A stretch of DNA of 64,000 nt from an uncultured Gammaproteobacteria bacterium (lineage in GTDB: Bacteria > Patescibacteriota > Patescibacteriia > Magasanikbacterales > JBBTXJ01), in the NCBI GenBank assembly GCA_964610305.1, contig CAZSVL010000002.1, positions 40,522-104,521 of the forward strand, written 5' to 3'. Positions 47,995 through 58,095 of the stretch are shown in pieces. The notes beneath the pieces were generated by a model. It worked only from the letters and a program-made list of their open reading frames with translations. It did not search any database and was not told the origin of the DNA. Position numbers and translations under genes: made by a program. Every line of letters begins with the position of its first letter. The first letter of the stretch is position 1.

Positions 47995-49572
47995 ATGAAA
48001 TTACTAAGGAGCATTACCAGATATCAGCTCAGCATTGCTGGGCTGTTTGTAATGGCGCTTTTTTTGCTTCTCTTTAGGTTGGACATGCGTTCTTTTTGGA
48101 CGGATGAGTGGTATTCGTTTAGGTTTTTTGACATGAGTTTATTTGAGTATTTAAAGTATTATTGGCAACATCCTGATAATCATCCGCCTGGTTTTTATGC
48201 CATTACCACGTCTTTTGTTAATTTCTTTGGAAGATCAGATGTTGTAGTTAGGCTGCCAGCTGTTATAGGTGGTTTGTGGGCCTTTGTGGCGAGCGCTTTT
48301 CTTATTAAAGAGACGGTGGTTAAGAATAGGAGGGGTATTATGCTGCTCTCGTTGCTGCTTATAGCAACCGCTCCTTACTTGATTCTAATAGGACAGACGG
48401 CGCGTTATTTTACCCTTGCGGCAGGCGCTGGACTTTCAGTGCTATATGCAATGCTTAGATTAATAAAGAAGCCCAGCATAGCCAGAGGATTGTGGTACGC
48501 TTTTGCGCTTGTTGTTGTGGGTTACCTTGATTACCCAACTCTTTTTTACAGTGTTTGTGGGAGTGGGGCGGTCATAGCACTTCATTATTTTCGCAATCGA
48601 CAAAAGCGGGCAGTTTATACGTGGCTTGGGTCTGGCCTTCTTGCTGGTTTAGTAGTTTCCCCGCTTGTTCCTATTTTGCTCGCGGAGATCAGGGCAGAAT
48701 CTTTATCTGGCCCTGATGTGCTCTCTGGCGGTCTTATGGCGTGGGGCATGCGCGTGCTGTCTTACGGGTATGCTCTTAGTCACGGCATGATAAGCTTGCC
48801 CTTTGGTATTGTTACCGTGTTGTGGCTCGTCTTATTTGCTATACTGGGATTTATTTTTCTTAAAAGGCGAAGGGCGGCAATTCCTCGGTTAGCAGAGCTT
48901 GATTATGTAATAGTCTACGGAGCTGTGGGGCTCATCTTAAATACGCTCCTTTTTGCTGCGCTTGAGAGATATAGCCCTATAGCATTTCCGCGTTATGTGC
49001 TTTTGTCGCTTTATCTGCTGTTTATAGTACTTTCTGCCTTCATAATGCGGCTTTCTGCATCAAGGCATATCAAGGCCGTTCTAGCGGGTCTTTTAGTGGC
49101 AATTCACGTTTTTGGACTAAGCGCTTATTACAGCAGATCTCATTTTGTGGACGCAACTTTTTTTGCCGACAATAGGGGTATGTTCGCTTTCGTAAAAGAA
49201 AACGCGCAGGAGGGCGATGCCCTTTTGCTTTCTGATGATTTGCCGGAAGAGATTTATCGGTGGTATAAGGAGCGCTATTTTGAGGGTCTGGTTACCTATG
49301 ATGGTAAGATAGAGACGCCGGCCGATAGGATTTGGGTGGTGGCGATGGCACATGATTATGCGGCAGGCAGTTGGGGGTCTGACTTGTTTGTTCATGAACT
49401 TGTGGATCGTCTTGGGAGCACTCAATGGCACATAAGCAAAAGTAGATACGGTTCACCTCTTCATGATGAAGTGGTCGCTATAAAAAGCGGTGTTACAGGC
49501 GTTCAAAGTTATCTGTATAAGGTGGGAGCCTTTTTAGTGGAAAAGCGTGTTGAGCCGTTGCCAGAGCTGTGA
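47995..49572 (+). CDS. GT-C fold glycosyltransferase (ArnT/PMT-like, GT39/GT83-type), polytopic membrane protein
   Basis: Many TM helices. First periplasmic loop has the DE motif (FWTDEWYSF) typical of ArnT/PMT enzymes. Confidence 0.55.
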   Translation: MKLLRSITRYQLSIAGLFVMALFLLLFRLDMRSFWTDEWYSFRFFDMSLFEYLKYYWQHPDNHPPGFYAITTSFVNFFGRSDVVVRLPAVIGGLWAFVASAFLIKETVVKNRRGIMLLSLLLIATAPYLILIGQTARYFTLAAGAGLSVLYAMLRLIKKPSIARGLWYAFALVVVGYLDYPTLFYSVCGSGAVIALHYFRNRQKRAVYTWLGSGLLAGLVVSPLVPILLAEIRAESLSGPDVLSGGLMAWGMRVLSYGYALSHGMISLPFGIVTVLWLVLFAILGFIFLKRRRAAIPRLAELDYVIVYGAVGLILNTLLFAALERYSPIAFPRYVLLSLYLLFIVLSAFIMRLSASRHIKAVLAGLLVAIHVFGLSAYYSRSHFVDATFFADNRGMFAFVKENAQEGDALLLSDDLPEEIYRWYKERYFEGLVTYDGKIETPADRIWVVAMAHDYAAGSWGSDLFVHELVDRLGSTQWHISKSRYGSPLHDEVVAIKSGVTGVQSYLYKVGAFLVEKRVEPLPEL

Positions 49573-49585
49573 TAAGGTGTTTTGT

Positions 49586-49792
49586 ATGGAAGAAATGTTA
49601 GAACAAAAAAAAGAAGATCTGCAGCAGATCCCAGAGACAAATCCTGGTTTTTTTAGACAGTTTGCGCGTTTTTTACGCGTGAGAAAACTCTACTGGCTTA
49701 CCCCTATTGTACTCCTTCTTCTTTTGGTGGGAGTGCTTATTGTGGTGGGGCAAAGCTCTAGTGTCTCGCCTTTTATCTACGCTCTGTTTTAG
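49586..49792 (+). CDS. small single-TM membrane protein
   Basis: AAGGTG RBS before ATG 49586. MEEMLEQKK...LTPIVLLLLLVGVLIVV. Confidence 0.4.
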   Translation: MEEMLEQKKEDLQQIPETNPGFFRQFARFLRVRKLYWLTPIVLLLLLVGVLIVVGQSSSVSPFIYALF

Positions 49793-49797
49793 AAACA

Positions 49798-50502
49798 CTA
49801 GCGCTCCAGCCAAAGATCAGCGCCCACACGGAGACCTTCAAGCATCATGGCTTTAGTCATTTTTGATGAGCCGGCCGTGCGATCCGCAAAGGTGATAGGA
49901 ATTTCTTTGAAGCGCGCTCCGCATTTCATAGCTCTGAATTTCATTTCAATTTGAAATCCATAGCCATCAGCCTTGATGGTGTTTTTTAAAATGCATTCTA
50001 AAAGGTCTCTTTTGTAACCAACAAATCCAGCAGTCGCATCTTTAGTTGGCAGTCCAGTTGCCGCTCGGGCATAGAGGTTTGCCGCCTTTGATAAGAGGAG
50101 GCGGTAAGAAGAGAACTCAGTAACGTTTCCACCGGGGACATAACGTGAACCAATGACCACATCATGGTTTGATAGAGCACTGATCATTGAGGATAAATAA
50201 CGTGGATGGTGAGATAAATCCGCATCCATTTGAACGATAGCGCTAATTTGTGAATCTGCTAGCACTTTTATAAATCCATCAATATATGACTGACCGAAGC
50301 TTTTAGGTTTTTGCCGCTTAAGTAGCTCTACAGCATTGTTTTTTTGTTGGTAGGATTCAACGGTCGTCGCGGTTCCGTCTGGCGATCCGTCGTCAACAAC
50401 TAAGACGTTTATGTCAGAATTCGCATATTGAAATATAGTATCCAATGTTTTTTCAATGGTGAGGGCTTCGTTGTACGTTGGTATTATAATGGTAGTTTTC
50501 AT
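49798..50502 (-). CDS. GT2 polyprenyl-phosphate glycosyltransferase (Dpm1/ArnC-like)
   Basis: IIIPTYNEALTI...LVVDDGSPDGT...QMDADLSH is the Dpm1-type DxD GT2. Confidence 0.75.
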   Translation of the reverse strand: MKTTIIIPTYNEALTIEKTLDTIFQYANSDINVLVVDDGSPDGTATTVESYQQKNNAVELLKRQKPKSFGQSYIDGFIKVLADSQISAIVQMDADLSHHPRYLSSMISALSNHDVVIGSRYVPGGNVTEFSSYRLLLSKAANLYARAATGLPTKDATAGFVGYKRDLLECILKNTIKADGYGFQIEMKFRAMKCGARFKEIPITFADRTAGSSKMTKAMMLEGLRVGADLWLER

Positions 50503-51950
50503 CGGCCCATGGCTTTTGCAATAATGTGGACGGTTTTAAGCACGATAACAATGTCCATCAGAAGGGATCGGTATTTCATATAGTATAGATCATATTCCAG
50601 TTTCACCAGATTTTCTTCTAGTGTTGCGCCGTAGCGGTAGCTTACTTGTGCCCAGCCGGTAAGACCGGGGCGAATAAGATGTCTAATACTATAGTAGGGC
50701 ATGCGTGATTGCAGTTGATCAACAAACGCAGCGCGCTCAGGTCTCGGGCCAATAAGATTCATTTCTCTTTTCAGGATATTCCATGATTGAGGAAGCTCAT
50801 CAATTCTGAGTTTTCTTAGCCATTTACCCACTTTGGTTATGCGCGTGTCATTAGCACTGGCAAATTGTGGGCCGCTCTCTTCTGCCAGCCCATCTTTACC
50901 TTTTGCATACATGGTTCTGAGTTTGTAAATGGTGAACGGCTTATTATGCAGGCCAACGCGTTTTTGTTTGATAAAAAGAGGTCTGCCTGATTCTGCTAAA
51001 ATAGCGATCGCCACAAAGGGAAGCAAAATGAGTAGTAGTAGGCCGAGCGCTATGGCAAAGCCAACGTCTGCAACCGTGCGCAGCGCATCGTAATATTGCT
51101 TTCGGCTTTCCCGCAAGTTTTGCCAAAACCAGCTCTCGTTTACCATATCGGCATTTACCCGGCCGGTTATGTGTTCATAAAAAGTAGCTAAATCTGCCAT
51201 TTCCACGCGCCAGAAAAGTAACTCATAGAGTTCTTTTTCTAGCTCTCCTGCGCGCGCAAGGTGAGGAGCGATTACCACGGTGTGGATTTCTTTGATGTCT
51301 ACTACTGATCTAATGCGCATGGGGTCCGAGAAAAGCTGCACGCTAGAGCTGATGTGGTGGGGAATAAGGTGCTGCTCTGGTTCCATGATTGCAGCCGTAG
51401 TAAAACCAAGCTGAGGATCTTTTGCAAATGAGGTGACAAGGTCCTCAACACGCGGATGAAATCCTAAAAATAGGATGGTGCGACGCAATAGTTTTGGACC
51501 AAGTGAGTGATTAAAAAGGGCGCGCCAAAGGGAAATCAGTACTATGCTAAGCAGTACCGTTAGTACTAAATTGGTTTTTGGCGTGATTCTAAAGGCGGGA
51601 ACAAAGTAAAAGAACATGAGCCCCACAAAAAAGTTTGCGATGAAGCTAATGAGAAGATTTTGGAAAAAACGAATTGAATTTTTTGCCTTCCTAATATCGT
51701 AGAGGCCATTGATAAAAAAGATTATAACCCACAGAGCAAAAACGATCCCAAAGGCAACTCGGTGCGTACTCCAATAGGGGCCAATGTCAAGCGTTTTGTA
51801 GCGAATCATAAGAGCCACAAGAAGCGCTCCTTGCATGAGCAATAGATCGGCAGCGGCTAGAATAATTTGTTTAAACTTTATGACCCGGTTATTCATAGAT
51901 GCCTTGAGCTTATCAAAAAGAGGGGTTTTTTTCAAGATAGACCCTTGCAC
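50499..51950 (-). CDS. initiating polyprenyl-phosphate sugar-1-phosphate transferase (WbaP/CpsE Bac_transf family)
   Basis: C-terminal Bac_transf domain (PLFIKQKRVGLHNKPFTIYKLRTM...DELPQSWNILKREMNLIGPRPE...GLTGWAQV). Confidence 0.8.
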   Translation of the reverse strand: MQGSILKKTPLFDKLKASMNNRVIKFKQIILAAADLLLMQGALLVALMIRYKTLDIGPYWSTHRVAFGIVFALWVIIFFINGLYDIRKAKNSIRFFQNLLISFIANFFVGLMFFYFVPAFRITPKTNLVLTVLLSIVLISLWRALFNHSLGPKLLRRTILFLGFHPRVEDLVTSFAKDPQLGFTTAAIMEPEQHLIPHHISSSVQLFSDPMRIRSVVDIKEIHTVVIAPHLARAGELEKELYELLFWRVEMADLATFYEHITGRVNADMVNESWFWQNLRESRKQYYDALRTVADVGFAIALGLLLLILLPFVAIAILAESGRPLFIKQKRVGLHNKPFTIYKLRTMYAKGKDGLAEESGPQFASANDTRITKVGKWLRKLRIDELPQSWNILKREMNLIGPRPERAAFVDQLQSRMPYYSIRHLIRPGLTGWAQVSYRYGATLEENLVKLEYDLYYMKYRSLLMDIVIVLKTVHIIAKAMGR

Positions 51951-51984
51951 AGGAGCGAGGTGGCTGATATAGTTGATCTATTCT

Positions 51985-53985
51985 ATGTTTAAAAGCAGTA
52001 TTACAGTGGCAGCAGGGCGTTTCTTGGCGCTCGCTTTTTTAATAGGAAGTCTGGTGGCAACACCGGTTTTTGCTAAGCTGCCAAATGATCCCTATACTTT
52101 GGGTTCGTGGTTTTTTGATATTATCAATGCAAAGGAGGCGTGGGATCTTCAGACAAGTGCGCGCGATATTGTGGTGGCGGTGATTGATGGGCCGGTAGAC
52201 ACTAACCATCCAGAGCTAAAGAATAATCTATGGAGCAATCCTGCAGAGCGCAAAGACGGCGTGGATAACGATGGCAACGGGAAGACTGATGATGTTATAG
52301 GGTGGGATTTTATACATATGGATGGAGACCCTTCTCCTCAAATGGAGGGCGCGCGTGATACACTGGCGTTTCATCATGGGACAACCGTTGCGGGGATTAT
52401 TGGGGCAGAGGGGAATAATAAAACGGCGGTATCAGGCATGGCCTGGGATGTAAAAATAATGCCACTTCAGGTATTAGATGAAGATGGGAGCGGTTTGGTT
52501 GATCATGTGGTTCAAGCGGTAGAATACGCCATAGAGCAGAAGGTGGATATCATAAATTTGAGTTTTGTGGGTGATGATTATGATCATGATTTTTATAAAG
52601 TGGTAAAGCGAGCTTACCATGAGGGAATTGTGGTGGTTGCCGCTTCTGGCAACGATGGCAATGGAAAAGGCGGAGGAAACTTGAATTTTAAGAGGCGCTA
52701 CCCGGTGTGTTTGGATAGCGATGAGCAAGTACCCTTTTTACTTGGTGTAGCTTCTACTGATAAGAGGGATGAGCCCTCTATTTTCACCAATCATGGTAGT
52801 GGATGCATAGATATCTCTGCGCCCGGTTCTGGCATAACAAGCTTGTCAGTTCATGATCCAAGCAACGGTTTTCCCTCTCAAATACTAACGGGAATTTCTG
52901 GTACCTCTATAGCGGCACCGTTTGTCTCAGGAGTTGCTGCGCTCATAAAACAGCGCCATCCTGATATGAGCGCTGGATCAATTATTGATGTTATAAAGAG
53001 ATCTGCAGATGATATTGATGATAAATCAGATTTGGCGCGTGGTGCAATGGGCGCTGGAAGATTAAACGCCCAGAACGCATTAAAGTTAGCGGCGCAGGAT
53101 CGTGGTGGGCATGGGGCAGAATTTGTAGTGATGTTTGATGGTGGTCAGTGGACCAATGTGAGGCATTTTGCTCATGATTATAAAAAGATAACGCAGTTTA
53201 TTACTCCAGTGCCGTTTGCAGATATCATCACACTGGAGATTATTGATATCAACAGAGATGGCGTGCAGGAGGTAGTTTACGCTTACGCGAGTGATGAAGG
53301 TACGCGTTTGGTAGCGTATTCATTGGAGGGTTACAAAATTTTTGAATCGGTTATTTCTGCCGAAGTGGTAAGAACGGTAGGCTTAGCAGGAGCAGATGTG
53401 CTGCGCAATGGGGACGGTGGTGTTGTGGTGGGATTTCCTTCTGAGGGTCAATTCAAGATAGTAGAGTATAAGGCTGATGGAGATATTTTTCACTGGTTTA
53501 TTGGTGGGGAACTAGAGAGCGATCTAGAATCTGTTTCAGTTTCTTTTTCTGATACGGGATTTATTTATGGTCTAGCACACTACGGAACTCATACCGTTCG
53601 GTCAACATGGAATTTTATAGGCGCATTTGATAAATCAAAACGTTTTGATGTGCCTGATGGAAATGCACGCCCTATTGCGGGCAATGGTAACGGTAGTGTT
53701 TTGGCATACGGAGCCGCCAAGGAGCGCTCTTCAGCGGTGACCGTTATTAAAGAAGGAGAAGCTGCGGCAACCACTTTTTCACCGTATGGCAGTTTTTTGG
53801 GCGGTAGTTCAGTTACCCTTATTGATTGGGATGTAGATGGTCAGGAGGAAGTTGTTGTGGGGGCTGGGCCAGGCGGAGGACCTCATGTTAAAATATTTTC
53901 TTTGGAGGGTGAGCTAGAGGGAGAGTTTCTAGCGCATGGACCGCAATATCATCACGGAATTTTTGCCCGCGCCTTTTTAAAGTAG
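51985..53985 (+). CDS. secreted subtilisin-like serine protease (S8) with C-terminal FG-GAP/VCBS-like repeats
   Basis: Catalytic D, H and S blocks (VAVIDGPVDTNHPEL; HHGTTVAGII; GTSIAAPFVSGVAALI). Signal peptide present. Confidence 0.8.
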   Translation: MFKSSITVAAGRFLALAFLIGSLVATPVFAKLPNDPYTLGSWFFDIINAKEAWDLQTSARDIVVAVIDGPVDTNHPELKNNLWSNPAERKDGVDNDGNGKTDDVIGWDFIHMDGDPSPQMEGARDTLAFHHGTTVAGIIGAEGNNKTAVSGMAWDVKIMPLQVLDEDGSGLVDHVVQAVEYAIEQKVDIINLSFVGDDYDHDFYKVVKRAYHEGIVVVAASGNDGNGKGGGNLNFKRRYPVCLDSDEQVPFLLGVASTDKRDEPSIFTNHGSGCIDISAPGSGITSLSVHDPSNGFPSQILTGISGTSIAAPFVSGVAALIKQRHPDMSAGSIIDVIKRSADDIDDKSDLARGAMGAGRLNAQNALKLAAQDRGGHGAEFVVMFDGGQWTNVRHFAHDYKKITQFITPVPFADIITLEIIDINRDGVQEVVYAYASDEGTRLVAYSLEGYKIFESVISAEVVRTVGLAGADVLRNGDGGVVVGFPSEGQFKIVEYKADGDIFHWFIGGELESDLESVSVSFSDTGFIYGLAHYGTHTVRSTWNFIGAFDKSKRFDVPDGNARPIAGNGNGSVLAYGAAKERSSAVTVIKEGEAAATTFSPYGSFLGGSSVTLIDWDVDGQEEVVVGAGPGGGPHVKIFSLEGELEGEFLAHGPQYHHGIFARAFLK

Positions 53986-53989
53986 TAGT

Positions 53990-54940
53990 ATGAAAAAAAA
54001 GATATTGATTGGTGGGGGTGTAGCCTTGGTGGCACTTTTTTTTCTCTTGAAGTGGCAGCTAGATACACAAGCCATTGATGTGGATTCTTTGCAAGAAGTG
54101 GTAGCTTCAGATTTTTTATGGCCGTCTGGCCCTCCACTCTTGGTGCTTAAAGACTTGCAAGTAGATTTTAAAAAAACAACGTTTGTACTTGATGCTGGAA
54201 GTTTGACTCAACAACCCTTTTCCTCTGATTGGCATTTTAGATTTGTCAATCATAATGCGCTGTATGCCTTTACAAAAAAAAGGGAAATGGGACGCTCAGA
54301 ATTGCAAACACAGATTTACCGGATAGACCCAAAAGAATTGCTCCCGTTTGCTTTTAAACGATTTGGATCCAGAAGGCTGCTAGATCTGTATCCTAACAAA
54401 GATGGATCGCGGGTAGTTGTTATGTCTCGTATAGGCGAGACATCCAGCTACGAGTTTTGCAAATTGGCTTTTGGAGACCCTGAAAGGGTGGGGTGTCAGC
54501 ATAGACTAACGGTTACAGGGGAGAACATTAAATTTGCCTGGGATGATCAGGAAATGTTTGCTTTAACGTCAGAAAAAGAGGGTCACATAAATGTTTACGG
54601 ATCCGCCAGCGAACTAACGAGTCTAAGTGTTGATGAGCAAAAAGAGGAGTATGCGCTCTGGGAGGCAAGAATGAACAAGGACCGGGCCGCCAAGGTGCCG
54701 GCAAGAAGTTGGCGTGGATACTTGCTTGTTGATGATATGAGTGGCCGAACGCTGTTTAAAGCAAAATCTGCTAGAGCAGTTATTGTTGGATTAGACCGCG
54801 TCTTGCTTCTTGTCGATGGTAGATTGCTTGCCATAGATACAAAAAATCGCACTAAAGCGACCATTTTAGCTAATCCTAGTTTGAATGCGTCAACCATTTT
54901 AGTAGGAGGTGTTCAGGGAGATACGTTTATTTTTAATTAA
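53990..54940 (+). CDS. hypothetical membrane-anchored protein
   Basis: N-terminal TM. Immediately downstream of the S8 protease. Confidence 0.45.
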   Translation: MKKKILIGGGVALVALFFLLKWQLDTQAIDVDSLQEVVASDFLWPSGPPLLVLKDLQVDFKKTTFVLDAGSLTQQPFSSDWHFRFVNHNALYAFTKKREMGRSELQTQIYRIDPKELLPFAFKRFGSRRLLDLYPNKDGSRVVVMSRIGETSSYEFCKLAFGDPERVGCQHRLTVTGENIKFAWDDQEMFALTSEKEGHINVYGSASELTSLSVDEQKEEYALWEARMNKDRAAKVPARSWRGYLLVDDMSGRTLFKAKSARAVIVGLDRVLLLVDGRLLAIDTKNRTKATILANPSLNASTILVGGVQGDTFIFN

Positions 54941-55460
54941 GAGGTACAACGGTTCCGGTTATGCGGTTTCTATGAATAGGGCCGTATTCTCTTGAGTCAA
55001 TGCTGTTTTCCCTGTTGTCTCCTATAACAAAGTAGTGATGAGGCGGTATGTCAATGCTCTTGCGGGCTAACCCACGCGCTGCTGTTACAATAAATTCTCC
55101 CAAGTAGTCTTCCTCTAGAACGGTCTGCTTGCCAGAGCTGTCGGTAACGGTTATGCCATTGTTAACTATAGCCAGAGATTCTCCGGGCAAGCCAACAATA
55201 CGTTTTACAATAAGGGCATTTTCACGGGAAGGGTGATAGAGCTGAACAACATCACCGCGCTGTGGCGTCTTAAAATAGAGGGAGACGCGATTAACAATAA
55301 ACAGCGTGTCATCTTGCAGGTTTGGGTCCATTGAGAGCCCTTCTACTCTTCCTAATTCTAGTACAAAAAAGCGTATAAAAAAAACGGCAATTACTACCTG
55401 CACGGTAATAAATGCTACTTTTGCAAGGTATGAGCTGATTGCGGCGCTGCGAGTAGACAT
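54933..55460 (-). CDS. lepB: signal peptidase I (S26 family)
   Basis: GLSMDPNL (Ser box) and GDNRENSIDSREYGP (Lys/box E region). The start is taken at the M preceding the TM helix. Confidence 0.8.
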   Translation of the reverse strand: MSTRSAAISSYLAKVAFITVQVVIAVFFIRFFVLELGRVEGLSMDPNLQDDTLFIVNRVSLYFKTPQRGDVVQLYHPSRENALIVKRIVGLPGESLAIVNNGITVTDSSGKQTVLEEDYLGEFIVTAARGLARKSIDIPPHHYFVIGDNRENSIDSREYGPIHRNRITGTVVPLN

Positions 55461-55474
55461 GTTATACTTGTCTA

Positions 55475-55822
55475 ATGGAGAATGCGTGGTACGCACTACA
55501 AAACATAGGATTTGGTCTTAAATATGCATCGCTTTCCTTGTTAGCGGCCGATGCCGCCATAGGATTTGTGGTGGGTTTTGTAATGGCCACTTTTATGTAT
55601 CTATTTATAATGACAGAGCGTAGCCCGGTTCATATAAAGGAGATGGTGCGTCATAAAGATCCGGCACACGCCTTTACTAAAGTTTCAGCCAAGAATAAAA
55701 AAGGTATTTTTACAGACTCCTTTACATCTTTTCAAAATGAATATCACCAAGTGAGAACGCTTGTCTTTGGTACGGTGATATTATTTTTGATTGTCGTAAT
55801 GATTGCTGTTAGTCGCTATTGA
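55475..55822 (+). CDS. possible small membrane protein (doubtful)
   Basis: Two hydrophobic segments, but it lies in a divergent intergenic gap and no clear RBS was found. Confidence 0.2.
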   Translation: MENAWYALQNIGFGLKYASLSLLAADAAIGFVVGFVMATFMYLFIMTERSPVHIKEMVRHKDPAHAFTKVSAKNKKGIFTDSFTSFQNEYHQVRTLVFGTVILFLIVVMIAVSRY

Positions 55823-57153
55823 GAAGGAGAATTTTGTCCAGGACTGTTTGGTGGTGTTTGGTTGCTAGGAGGGGGTGTTGATTGTTGGTTTGGCGCTGCT
55901 TGTGCCACTTTTTTTGTTTTACGGTGATGAGAAACACTGTAGGCTATTGAGCCGCCGGCAATGAGGAGGATCAGACCAACGGCAGTAGCAAAGAGTGTGT
56001 TTTTGTTGGCAGAAAAGAAATTTAAAACCTCAAAACTAACGTCTCTTTTGTTGCTTTGATGAACACCATATGAAAGTTGGCCTGTAATGTAATACGTGCC
56101 TGCGTTTTCTGCCCTGAACGTGTGGGTAAATGATTGAGAATCGCTCACGGGAACAAAAAGGGCATCAGTAGAGGCAGTATCAATGAGAACCTCATCGTGG
56201 TATATGTCAAAAATCATCTTTGCGTCGACGCCACTTTCACCTACGTTTTCTGCTGCTGCATTTATTCTAACAAGTTCTCCTTGTCTGTATTCATCTTTCT
56301 CTACCGTAAATTCTGATAGATTAACCTCCTGCGCCAGGCTTCCTTTTGGAAAGACGCGAAAGCCAGAGATTTTTTCTATGATGGGATTATTGTCTTCGTC
56401 ATAGAAAACTACGGTGGCTTCATAAGAGCCTACGTCAAGCTCAAGATCAGTTTGTGCGGTTACCACCTGCCGCGTAAAAGCACCAATTATAGGTATGTTT
56501 TCAGCCTGTACACGCGCATTAAAAATAAAGTCTGGATTTTCTTTATCAATTACCGTGAGCTGAATCAGAGATGGGCGTGCTGCTACGTTACCGGTATTAT
56601 TCATAATAAAACGAAAGTCAATGTTGCGACCAACTTCTGAATTGTTGACTGAAATGTCCGAAATGTCGTAGATTACGCGCTCGTCATTAGTTACATGAAA
56701 AACAATAGTTCCTTGCGCGCCTGCGTACACTTTTACGGTAGTACCTCCCTGGCTATCGTCTGCTGCGCTTGCGGGTGGAATTACGGTTCCGGTAACGGTG
56801 GCGTGATACGTTCCGGCAGCCAGGTCTCTTGGCTCTATAAAAAATTCAAAGTTGGTCATGCGATCTCCCGGCTCAAATCCAACCGTCATGTCATGTTTTG
56901 GTTTTATGTATTGGGCCGCTGGGCCGCCAATTTCAACACTAATTTTTTCACTTCCATCAGTGCCGCCACGTGTAAAAAGAACAAAACCAGGAACTGATGA
57001 TCCTGAGAGAACATTATCTGCTCTAAATTGGGCCGGTGTGATACCAAAGGCCAACGTAGATTGCGGAAAGGCAGCTGTAAGAAGTAGCAAACTGACAGCT
57101 GCACAGAAAAAAAGTATCTTAAAAAAAAGGTCCTTTCTCAAAATATTTATCAT
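55816..57153 (-). CDS. cell-surface protein with signal peptide, beta-sandwich repeats, C-terminal TM anchor and Pro/Gln/Ser-rich tail
   Basis: N-terminal signal, mature end ...AFGITPAQF, C-terminal TM (LFATAVGLILLIAGGSIAY). Paralog of 57166-58095. Confidence 0.55.
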   Translation of the reverse strand: MINILRKDLFFKILFFCAAVSLLLLTAAFPQSTLAFGITPAQFRADNVLSGSSVPGFVLFTRGGTDGSEKISVEIGGPAAQYIKPKHDMTVGFEPGDRMTNFEFFIEPRDLAAGTYHATVTGTVIPPASAADDSQGGTTVKVYAGAQGTIVFHVTNDERVIYDISDISVNNSEVGRNIDFRFIMNNTGNVAARPSLIQLTVIDKENPDFIFNARVQAENIPIIGAFTRQVVTAQTDLELDVGSYEATVVFYDEDNNPIIEKISGFRVFPKGSLAQEVNLSEFTVEKDEYRQGELVRINAAAENVGESGVDAKMIFDIYHDEVLIDTASTDALFVPVSDSQSFTHTFRAENAGTYYITGQLSYGVHQSNKRDVSFEVLNFFSANKNTLFATAVGLILLIAGGSIAYSVSHHRKTKKVAQAAPNQQSTPPPSNQTPPNSPGQNSPSQ

Positions 57154-57165
57154 ACATTCATTATA

Positions 57166-58095
57166 TCATTTTTTTTTAAGTGAGTCTTGTGAAAAGCGGT
57201 AGAGATGAAAGAGTGATCCGCACAAGGCTAGAACCACAAGTAAAATAAACTTTTTTTTATGTTGAGCGAGGCGCTCAGTGAGTGTGAGTGGAGTAAGGAC
57301 AGTAAAAGTAACGGTATCGCTATCAATAAGAGCATTTTGTTTGTCATCAAGAAATGTTAGTTGTGCTGTGTGTTTTCCACTCCCAACTACATGATCAAAG
57401 GTGGGGAAAATGCTTGTTTCAGAAAATGGAGACAAGGTAATACCATCTTTTGGCTGGTAATATATTGTTTCTGTGGTGCCGTCAGGAGAGATGAGCTTTA
57501 CAGCGAGAGATGTAGCATAAAAGGGAATATTGCTGTCATTTACCCCCAAGAAAGACATTTCTACATTCTCTCCGGCACTTTTTGCTCCTATGCTTACTTG
57601 CTCAATAGCGCGTTTGTTTATGATGACCTCATTGGTTATAGAAAAATGTATGCGAGCTCCAACGGCGTGTATTACATTGAGTGTGGGGCCGTTTTCTTGC
57701 TTTCTTGCAGGTTCAAAAGAAAAAGCAGCAATTATCTCATAAGAGCCTGCAGGCAACTTTGAGCCATCAAGGCTAAAAGGGTAGGACAGTGTTGTTTTTT
57801 CTGTTTTCCAGGGAACAGATGTTCCAAGAGGGGTTTTAAGAGCTTGTTTTCCGTTTCCGCTAATGTGCACGTTTACCACCATATCCTCAGTTGGAACCTT
57901 TGCATTAGAAAGATGAAAAGCGCGATGAATATCGGCGGATGTGTGGATATTATCAATGGTGATCGCAGAGGGGCTTACACCAAACGCATACACACTCTGA
58001 ACTCCTAAAAAGGTGCCGAGGAAAAATATTGTGAGTGCAAGAATTTTTGTGTTTAGGAATCGGCTATGGCCGTAAAGACTATGGTATGTGTGCAT
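57166..58095 (-). CDS. cell-surface protein, paralog of 55816-57153, with C-terminal TM anchor
   Basis: Mature N-terminus ...AFGVSPSAITIDN matches the AFGITPAQFRADN of its neighbour. C-terminal TM plus KKK. Confidence 0.55.
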   Translation of the reverse strand: MHTYHSLYGHSRFLNTKILALTIFFLGTFLGVQSVYAFGVSPSAITIDNIHTSADIHRAFHLSNAKVPTEDMVVNVHISGNGKQALKTPLGTSVPWKTEKTTLSYPFSLDGSKLPAGSYEIIAAFSFEPARKQENGPTLNVIHAVGARIHFSITNEVIINKRAIEQVSIGAKSAGENVEMSFLGVNDSNIPFYATSLAVKLISPDGTTETIYYQPKDGITLSPFSETSIFPTFDHVVGSGKHTAQLTFLDDKQNALIDSDTVTFTVLTPLTLTERLAQHKKKFILLVVLALCGSLFHLYRFSQDSLKKK

